Source: Glycera tridactyla (lineage: Eukaryota). Taken from it: DNA of 64,000 nt. The notes under the pieces are model-generated. The model had not been told where the DNA came from and made no database searches. It worked only from the letters and a program-made list of their open reading frames with translations. The stretch lies in assembly GCA_965644265.1 (NCBI GenBank), contig OZ286471.1:50406001-50470000 (forward strand). The letters run 5' to 3'. A program made the translations under genes and the position numbers. Shown piece after piece: positions 43,855-51,114 of the stretch (position 1 is the first letter of the stretch; each line of letters opens with the position of its first letter).

Positions 43855-44490
43855 TTTATCAAATTCCCAAATACCGGCTTGGTCTCAAGCCTCCTTTAAA
43901 TCACCAAGAGGCTTGAACAGTCGTCCAACCTAAGAAAAATCCCCTATTTGTTTGTGAATGTAAATAATCAGCTTTCATTTCTCAAGTATTGAAAAACCCA
44001 AACACAAGAATTTATAAACAAAATGATTGGCATTTTATTTTTCAAAATGTGTGCCTCTGGACTCATCATGAGGCAACAATTATAATCCTCGGAGAAAACA
44101 ATAGTGCCCAGAGGCACACCAACCAGACACTTCAGGTGTCGACCAAGCTTGCTTACAAGCGAAATATGCAGTATGTCATACTATGAATAACCCTCCTGGC
44201 CAATTGCTAGTGGTTCAATTGCATAATTATTTTATCCCGTTCAATTGCATAATTAGCAATTGCATTGCTAGTAACCAAAGCTAATTGCCAGGAAAGGCTA
44301 ATCGGAATTTTGTTAACAAAAGTAGGTTTGTTAAACACATAACATCATTAACATTTATTTAACTGGTGATACAATAATTGATGACGGTATACAATCGACA
44401 AAGCCCCATGATCGCAGATGGTGAAAGGATTCATACAGATGATCAAGAAATCGTATAGGATGCCATTATGACTTCTCAGCCGGATGCCCC
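43855..44490 (-). repeat. Split direct repeat B2 (636 bp), 3' terminus of the Ngaro element
   Basis: Second copy of B; contains sense-strand AATAAA at 44034-44039 and 44353-44358. Confidence 0.95.
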
Positions 44491-44527
44491 CAAAAAGGGG
44501 AGGTGAAATAGGGGGATGGTGGAGGGT

Positions 44528-44833
44528 GAAGATTTTCAGAAGTGAGGCCGACAAATGGCCGACAGCCGCTTTTATACTCAGGAATCAGCGCCCCCTTTTT
44601 ACATCAATTCCTGCAACAAAAATCTTTATATGAAAAATATTGCATATAACATAATATAAATAAGAAGGAAGCTTATTAAATAAGCAATTAAATTATATGA
44701 GACAAAAAATGAGTAAATCAAAAAGGTCACGTGTCACCATACATCTAGCGGCGACAAAAGGAACTAAGATTTAAGTGGTCTTGTTGAGTCATTTCCAAAA
44801 AATGAATTTTCCCCCCTTTGTCGGAAAATAAGA
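44528..44833 (-). repeat. Split direct repeat A2 (306 bp)
   Basis: Second copy of A, abutting B1 through the TTT core at 44834-44836. Confidence 0.95.
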
Positions 44834-44836
44834 TTT

Positions 44837-45472
44837 TTTATCAAATTCCCAAATACCGGCTTGGTCTCAAGCCTCCTTTAAATCACCAAGAGGCTTGAAC
44901 AGTCGTCCAACCTAAGAAAAATCCCCTATTTGTTTGTGAATGTAAATAATCAGCTTTCATTTCTCAAGTATTGAAAAACCCAAACACAAGAATTTATAAA
45001 CAAAATGATTGGCATTTTATTTTTCAAAATGTGTGCCTCTGGACTCATCATGAGGCAACAATTATAATCCTCGGAGAAAACAATAGTGCCCAGAGGCACA
45101 CCAACCAGACACTTCAGGTGTCGACCAAGCTTGCTTACAAGCGAAATATGCAGTATGTCATACTATGAATAACCCTCCTGGCCAATTGCTAGTGGTTCAA
45201 TTGCATAATTATTTTATCCCGTTCAATTGCATAATTAGCAATTGCATTGCTAGTAACCAAAGCTAATTGCCAGGAAAGGCTAATCGGAATTTTGTTAACA
45301 AAAGTAGGTTTGTTAAACACATAACATCATTAACATTTATTTAACTGGTGATACAATAATTGATGACGGTATACAATCGACAAAGCCCCATGATCGCAGA
45401 TGGTGAAAGGATTCATACAGATGATCAAGAAATCGTATAGGATGCCATTATGACTTCTCAGCCGGATGCCCC
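44837..45472 (-). repeat. Split direct repeat B1 (636 bp)
   Basis: tttatcaaattccc...cggatgcccc matches 43855-44490 (offset 982); begins 6 nt after the YR stop codon. Confidence 0.95.
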
Positions 45473-45478
45473 ACAAAG

Positions 45479-46471
45479 CTACTTATAGCCATCCGGCCCA
45501 TCCAAAGAAACTAACGCTGGACGGATATATGCTTTAAAAGCGTCAGAACACCATCTTCCTTTCAATCTAATGATTTCATTGGAGACACCCTCTGAAACCC
45601 AATCGGTGCACCTTCCAATACGCAATGAATGACTGGAGAACTTTTCTTTATTATCAAAGAAAGGGGAAAGCTTACGGATCCAAGCATTAACATACCTGCT
45701 GGTAACAGGTAAACCATTAATAATGAAAAGGGGGCCAGGATCTAGGCCCCTGAATTTTAGGTAGCGTTGCATATGAATGACTGGGCAAAAAGTAGAATCC
45801 GAAGAAGGTCTAATGATGAAAGATCTTGGTCCTTTAGAAAATTTGTAAGACTGGATGTTGAGCCTATAGCATAAACCTGCAGTAGAATGAACTTCCGAAA
45901 TGTCTTTGAGACAAAGAAAATGCTTGAAAAGATCACTAGATTTAGCATACTCAGAGACTCTTAAGCAAGCCGTATAGGCCCACAAAAACATAGCTTTTAG
46001 CAACGACACCTCAAAAGCTGATAAATTGAAAGCATCAAGAGCTAATATAAGCACACACAATTTATTCTTGTCCAAGGCAGATCTTTTGTCAGAAGTTAAA
46101 CCCGGGTCCTTGGCTAAACCTGCCAACATTCTATTAACAACATAACTTTTACAGTAGTCTTCTTGATGGTTCATTTTGAAACCATGAGATATAGCCGAAA
46201 GCCTGGATTTAATAGAAGTTACCTTCAGGCCTTTAGCTGACAAAAAGGCAACGTATAACGATATGGTATCACAAGATAAAGGCATGCCTACCTCGTTCAA
46301 AAAGGAACCAAAATCGCACCAAGCGTGTGAGTAATTCTTCCATGTGGAAGATGCAAATGACTTATGCACCAGATGATCTACCAAGGCCCAGAGATCATTG
46401 GGTTGAAATGATCCGTTACCAAAACTGGATGGATCGCCAATCCAGCCTCCTTGAGTTTTTCCTGTGAACAT
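45479..46471 (-). CDS. Tyrosine recombinase (integrase) of the Ngaro element, 330 aa
   Basis: Catalytic set intact: CLRVSE (R), SYKFSK (K), HSLRIG (HxxR), GRW (W), AYIR (Y); N-terminal STWKNY...SIKSRLSAI binding domain. Confidence 0.95.
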   Translation of the reverse strand: MFTGKTQGGWIGDPSSFGNGSFQPNDLWALVDHLVHKSFASSTWKNYSHAWCDFGSFLNEVGMPLSCDTISLYVAFLSAKGLKVTSIKSRLSAISHGFKMNHQEDYCKSYVVNRMLAGLAKDPGLTSDKRSALDKNKLCVLILALDAFNLSAFEVSLLKAMFLWAYTACLRVSEYAKSSDLFKHFLCLKDISEVHSTAGLCYRLNIQSYKFSKGPRSFIIRPSSDSTFCPVIHMQRYLKFRGLDPGPLFIINGLPVTSRYVNAWIRKLSPFFDNKEKFSSHSLRIGRCTDWVSEGVSNEIIRLKGRWCSDAFKAYIRPALVSLDGPDGYK

Positions 46472-48069
46472 AAGTTACGAGAAATAAGATCCGGAACAAT
46501 GTTATCAGATCCAGGAATATGGACCGCTGAAAAATCAATGTCATTATAAAGCGTGAAAAGCATGATATGGCGCATTATGCTCATAAGTTCTGAATTCTTA
46601 GCAGATCTCTTATTAATGACATCGACCACTGCATGGTTGTCACAATGAAAAATCACGTGTTTATGTTTTAAGGCAAGGCGAAAGGTCATGATAGCAACTA
46701 AAATAGGATAAAATTCCAAATATGCTATGTTCATGTTGGACCAACCTTCAGGGTATTTTAGGTAAAACCATAAATTTCTAAATACTACGCCAGCTCCCTG
46801 TTTGCATGCATCAGAGGCAATGTGTTCTGGAGATGTACGACTCATAGTGATATCTCTCAAATACGAGAAACCGTTGTAGTTTGATAAAAACTCACGCCAC
46901 ATTTCTAAATCCTTTTGTAAAGCCACAGAAAAAGTGACTTGATGAATTGGATTAGACAGACCAATGGTAGCGTTAATGAGACCTCTCATGAATGATTTAC
47001 CTGGTTTTATCAAGGAGGTAGCCCAGTTGAGCTTACCAATCAAGGATCGTAGAGTACCAAAGGAAACACAATGAGAAATCAAAATGCTATCAATTTCATC
47101 AGCATATTTTCTCAACTTGTCAACTGGGATTTTTGCGAAACCTTGTGGAACGTTGAGTTCGATACCTAGAAAGGATAGGACTTGAGACGGATACTCGGTT
47201 TTCTTTGGGCAAAGAGGGATTCCTACCTCATCACAAAAATGTTGAAAAGATTGCAAACATTTCAAACATTCATCATATCCTTTAGCTGCGAAACAGAAAT
47301 CATCAATCATATGTGAGACGAAGGGTATACCCAAGCGATTTTGACATATCCAATGCAAAGCTGACGAAAATCTTTCGAATATACGACAAGATGATCTGCA
47401 TCCCATTGCTAAACACTTATTAATGTAAAACTCATCACCAAGTCGAAGGCCTAGAAGGTGAAATTGATTTGGAGAGACAGGCAAAATTCTGAAAGCCGAC
47501 TTTATGTCTGTCTTACATAAATAGGTATCTTTTCCGATGTCTTTAATAAATTGAATTACGGAGAAAACTGTAGTATATTGTACCGACGCCTCACTATCTG
47601 GAATATTTGCATTAATGGATAAATGATAATAAGGAGCCGATAAATTGTGAATGAGTCGAAACGAACCAGGCTCTCTTTTTGGCACTATAGAGATAGGGGA
47701 AACTTGTAAATTAACGAAAGGAGGTTCAGAAAAAGGTCCAGCTATACGCCCAAGAGAAACATCCAATGATATAAGTTCTCGTGCCTCTTGAAAATATTCT
47801 TGAACGGAAAAAGAGTTACGACCTCTAAAAGCAGGAGAAGTTCCAGAAAAACCTATATCGAAACCGTTTTTGAGGCCAGAAATGACAAAATCGGCCTCAC
47901 CTTGGTTATAACCAATAAGGTATTCATTTATCCGTTGAAACTTGATGGGAGTCGTTATTTGCAAAAGGCTTTCTCTTGATATTGTCAGATTTTTCTGTAA
48001 CTCCTGATGACTCATTCCTACATAAATAAATAGGGTGTTTGCCATTACAATTCGGACAACAGTGTTCAT
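46378..48069 (-). CDS. pol: Reverse transcriptase + RNase H (DIRS/Ngaro type), 563 aa
   Basis: VSPISIVPKREPGSFRLIHNLS, KTDIKSAFRILP, LAMGCRSSCRIFE, HMIDDF, FLGIEL; RNase H acidic residues in IASDA, YLEFYP, HCDNHAVV, GSDNIVPDLISR. Confidence 0.95.
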   Translation of the reverse strand: MNTVVRIVMANTLFIYVGMSHQELQKNLTISRESLLQITTPIKFQRINEYLIGYNQGEADFVISGLKNGFDIGFSGTSPAFRGRNSFSVQEYFQEARELISLDVSLGRIAGPFSEPPFVNLQVSPISIVPKREPGSFRLIHNLSAPYYHLSINANIPDSEASVQYTTVFSVIQFIKDIGKDTYLCKTDIKSAFRILPVSPNQFHLLGLRLGDEFYINKCLAMGCRSSCRIFERFSSALHWICQNRLGIPFVSHMIDDFCFAAKGYDECLKCLQSFQHFCDEVGIPLCPKKTEYPSQVLSFLGIELNVPQGFAKIPVDKLRKYADEIDSILISHCVSFGTLRSLIGKLNWATSLIKPGKSFMRGLINATIGLSNPIHQVTFSVALQKDLEMWREFLSNYNGFSYLRDITMSRTSPEHIASDACKQGAGVVFRNLWFYLKYPEGWSNMNIAYLEFYPILVAIMTFRLALKHKHVIFHCDNHAVVDVINKRSAKNSELMSIMRHIMLFTLYNDIDFSAVHIPGSDNIVPDLISRNLCSQEKLKEAGLAIHPVLVTDHFNPMISGPW

Positions 48070-49840
48070 ATGTACATTTCTGAAACATACACTTCTTATC
48101 TTGGGCGTGATAATATTGACAGAAACCCGGTTGTATTCGTGATTTGTTAGACTTTGCTTGATTATTTTTATTGGAAGATCCTTCAGTGACTCTGGGAGAT
48201 TTCATAGCCTTTTGGTGTAATACAGCGTGAAATGTATCCCAGGGAAAAGGTGTGATCATTTGGGACCTCAAAGATCGAAAATTCTCATCATAGAATTTAA
48301 AATTACCTCCCTCAGAATCAATTTCACGAACTTCGGCAATATATGCTAGCAACTGTCTACCTTCTCTAGCTTTAACTACTTCAGACTTGAAAGGATGTTG
48401 GTTGTATATATTTTGAAATATCAAAAAGGCCTCATCCCAGTCGTGTATGTTTCTTATAAACTTTCTTTTCTTAGCAAGGACAAACTGACCCGACTTACCG
48501 TCAACAACATAATGCTGACGTGAAATCTTTTCAGCCTGTAATAAATCAGCCAGTTCAATGTATTTGTCCTGCCAGATATTAACTTTAGTATCAATATCAA
48601 TATGAAAACCGATGGGTAATCCTCCCGTAATGACATTACGGGCATTAGGATCTCTAGACATACCTATCTCCTCATCAGTATAGCCAGAACGAATGGGACT
48701 AAAAGGAGACAGTATTTTGTGTGCTGAAGGGCCAGAATCAGGTGAATCTCTGAAACCCATGGCATTGGCTGCCGAATGTAAGGAATTGCCCATGGAAGTA
48801 TCACGACCACTATTTCCTCGTTTCATACTTTCTAAAACAGCATTCATTTGTAAGTGATTATACACAGCGTTTTGCTGCTGGTCAACAGAGACATTGTTCT
48901 GGCTCGAAACCGAAGAAATAACCTGAGCATTGGGAATAGCGAAAGAGTCTCTGAATACTGAGGCCGTAGGCCGAGATGAATTATGACTGTCCGTTTGGCA
49001 GTAATTGTTCGTCGTTATATTGTCGTTAACTTTAAATTTATTATTAGAAAAAGCATTTCCCGTAATATGAGGTCTCCATAAATTGTTAACATTGTGAACT
49101 CGTTCATCCGTATCACTAGGAAAATTATTAGGTCCATGAAAAACAGAGTTCGAATGATGAAACTGCGACATACCTCCAGATGTAATATTCGAAGCAGGGT
49201 CAGACGACCTATCTGAGGAAGGAGGCTGGGGCCAGGCGGCCAGGCCATCGATTCTGGATTGCATTTGCTGTAACATGGTATTGACAGAAGACATCTGCTG
49301 CATAGCAAGTTGAATGGTAGACCGCATTTCTTGTTGAATTCCATGGAATGGTAACTGTTGAACAGAGTTATTCATATTAGGCAATGATCTGGAAGTGCTA
49401 GTGACATTTTTGACAGGAACTGAGGCAGCACTGGAAATACTGTGCCAATGAGCATTGTTGTGTGAAGCATTAGCTGCTGGACGACCAATACCACCCATCA
49501 CTGGTCGATTGGAAATGGAACAAGCTCTGTTGGCGGAACCACGAAACACATCAAGCTTAGGTCCTAAGCTGTTATTGGTATTAGGAACAGGCGTCCCTGC
49601 TGAACACTGGGACACAAGGTTCGGGTTCGAAACTTGACCACAAGGAATCTGAGACACTGGTGAACTATTAATAGCTTCAACAGGCGTTGAACCACGAGAC
49701 AAAAGTTCGATGAAAGGATCGTTCGTTACCTGGCCAGGCGGCGGTCCAAAAGCTGATATATCCGGCGGTCTACCACTCGCAGCAGGCTTCTCCCATGTTT
49801 GAGAATTAATGAAGTCATCTGGGCAAACCCTTTTCGCCAT
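47924..49840 (-). CDS. gag: gag-like ORF of the Ngaro element (~638 aa from the first ATG)
   Basis: Long N/S/Q/P-rich N-terminus; conserved-looking C-terminal half (KVNIWQDKYIELADLL...WDEAFLIF...FYDENFR); C-terminal Cys/His cluster FCQYYHAQDKKCMFQKCTYEHCCPNCNGKHPIYLC. The ORF track starts at TTG 49846; the first ATG is at 49840. Confidence 0.85.
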   Translation of the reverse strand: MAKRVCPDDFINSQTWEKPAASGRPPDISAFGPPPGQVTNDPFIELLSRGSTPVEAINSSPVSQIPCGQVSNPNLVSQCSAGTPVPNTNNSLGPKLDVFRGSANRACSISNRPVMGGIGRPAANASHNNAHWHSISSAASVPVKNVTSTSRSLPNMNNSVQQLPFHGIQQEMRSTIQLAMQQMSSVNTMLQQMQSRIDGLAAWPQPPSSDRSSDPASNITSGGMSQFHHSNSVFHGPNNFPSDTDERVHNVNNLWRPHITGNAFSNNKFKVNDNITTNNYCQTDSHNSSRPTASVFRDSFAIPNAQVISSVSSQNNVSVDQQQNAVYNHLQMNAVLESMKRGNSGRDTSMGNSLHSAANAMGFRDSPDSGPSAHKILSPFSPIRSGYTDEEIGMSRDPNARNVITGGLPIGFHIDIDTKVNIWQDKYIELADLLQAEKISRQHYVVDGKSGQFVLAKKRKFIRNIHDWDEAFLIFQNIYNQHPFKSEVVKAREGRQLLAYIAEVREIDSEGGNFKFYDENFRSLRSQMITPFPWDTFHAVLHQKAMKSPRVTEGSSNKNNQAKSNKSRIQPGFCQYYHAQDKKCMFQKCTYEHCCPNCNGKHPIYLCRNESSGVTEKSDNIKRKPFANNDSHQVSTDK

Positions 49841-50801
49841 CTGCAATCAAATTATATGAGACGAGCAAAAAATTGTTTAAAATAAAAAGAAGGCCAAAAC
49901 AAAAGACGACAGACGCCAAATATCAGTCAAAAAGTCGTAGAAAAATTGGTCATAAGGTATTGAATTTTTTGACCCTCCCCCCTCCCTTCTCCCCCCCCCC
50001 CCTCGTTTTTGCTCACTTCTGAACTACAAAGGTTTGTTAAACCCGCGGACCACTCGACCAAGCGAGGGAAGACTCGAAAGAGCTGCCTGCCTGATTTCTT
50101 TAGTGTATCTGTGGAAATGCTTAGAGTGAACTTTAGGATGAACCCAATCTGAACTCCAAGACTTGACTGTAGAAGGCACACCCTCCATGAGGGATCCGAA
50201 ACCGCGAATATGATAGTAATCTATACCCAACACACCATCACAAAGTTCCTCGGTGTATTTGTTGAAGAACATGGCACGTTCCTTAAAATTAGGATGGCCG
50301 ATAAGTCTATCAATGCAGGATAATAAAACCACTACCTGAACTTGACATGCCTTGCGAACCTTTTGAGCGAAGTCAAAATAATCCATAGCCAATTCTTGGG
50401 GGTCAACGAAATCCAAAGTCAAATCATTACCTCCCAAATTAACAATAAGCATGTCCGGCTTAAGCACTGCCAGTGCTAAAATTTCGTCAGCGACCTCCTC
50501 ATTATAATCATAATCCTTCAGATACATGCACTGACGAAAGTTAACAGTGCTGAAAGATTCGTCTAAGTCTAGGAAGTCCGCATATAATTGTCCTCTAGAA
50601 ACGTAACCATTGTCCATTTCACGATGTAAGCCTTGCTCGGTCAACCGTTCTAGAAGGAAGTCTTCTTGTTGCTTCAAAAGCGAATGCCCTAAATAACACG
50701 CGGTAGGAGGGCGGCCAAGCCATTGTTCTATAGGAATGTATGGTGTTTTGCCCGAGAACCATGCCATACTGAAATATACTATACTAGAGTGGTCCGCGTA
50801 C
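49841..50801 (-). other. Predicted 961-nt intron containing the whole SGNH ORF
   Basis: Donor GAAG|GTACGC lies just past A1. Acceptor has a long pyrimidine tract then ttgattgcag|ATGGCG, with the AG directly abutting the gag ATG. Confidence 0.6.
50024..50767 (-). CDS. SGNH/GDSL-family hydrolase (esterase-like), 247 aa, first ORF of the Ngaro element
   Basis: Block I CYLGHSLL (Ser29), block III LIVNLGGNDL, block V SSDWVHP (DxxH). ATG in strong Kozak context (agtATGG). Lies inside the element, between A1 and gag. Confidence 0.85.
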   Translation of the reverse strand: MAWFSGKTPYIPIEQWLGRPPTACYLGHSLLKQQEDFLLERLTEQGLHREMDNGYVSRGQLYADFLDLDESFSTVNFRQCMYLKDYDYNEEVADEILALAVLKPDMLIVNLGGNDLTLDFVDPQELAMDYFDFAQKVRKACQVQVVVLLSCIDRLIGHPNFKERAMFFNKYTEELCDGVLGIDYYHIRGFGSLMEGVPSTVKSWSSDWVHPKVHSKHFHRYTKEIRQAALSSLPSLGRVVRGFNKPL

Positions 50802-50805
50802 CTTC

Positions 50806-51111
50806 GAAGATTTTCAGAAGTGAGGCCGACAAATGGCCGACAGCCGCTTTTATACTCAGGAATCAGCGCCCCCTTTTTACATCAATTCCTGCAACAAAAA
50901 TCTTTATATGAAAAATATTGCATATAACATAATATAAATAAGAAGGAAGCTTATTAAATAAGCAATTAAATTATATGAGACAAAAAATGAGTAAATCAAA
51001 AAGGTCACGTGTCACCATACATCTAGCGGCGACAAAAGGAACTAAGATTTAAGTGGTCTTGTTGAGTCATTTCCAAAAAATGAATTTTCCCCCCTTTGTC
51101 GGAAAATAAGA
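50806..51111 (-). repeat. Split direct repeat A1 (306 bp), 5' terminus of the Ngaro element
   Basis: gaagattttcagaagtgagg...gtcggaaaataaga matches 44528-44833 (offset 6278); no difference seen on reading. Confidence 0.95.
50817..50854 (-). promoter_or_regulatory. Predicted Pol II core promoter in repeat A: TATAAAAG (50854-50847) and initiator TCACTTC (A+1 ~50821)
   Basis: Minus-strand TATAAAAG lies 33 nt upstream of a YYANWYY match; the same motif recurs in A2 (44569-44576). Prediction only. Confidence 0.55.
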
Positions 51112-51114
51112 TTT

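Larger units (their letters stand above)
43855..51111 (-). mobile_element. Ngaro-type (DIRS order) tyrosine-recombinase retrotransposon, full length, with split direct repeats and an extra SGNH hydrolase ORF
   Basis: gag-like, RT/RNaseH and YR ORFs are all uninterrupted. Terminal structure A1-ORFs-B1-A2-B2 with copies that look identical by eye. TTT core at both ends and at the internal A/B junction. No methyltransferase domain after RNase H and no inverted terminal repeats, which fits Ngaro rather than DIRS1-like elements. Confidence 0.95.

Noticed and set aside
43989-45168. Twin 65-aa plus-strand ORFs (43989, 44971) and the 68-aa ORF 44348-44554
   Set aside because: They lie in the B repeats or span A2-spacer-B2; duplicated only because the repeat is duplicated; no motifs.
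46378-46600. Dam-like methyltransferase domain after RNase H, as in DIRS1-like elements
   Set aside because: The RT ORF ends shortly after RNase H with no DPPY/NPPW-type motif; its absence supports the Ngaro assignment.
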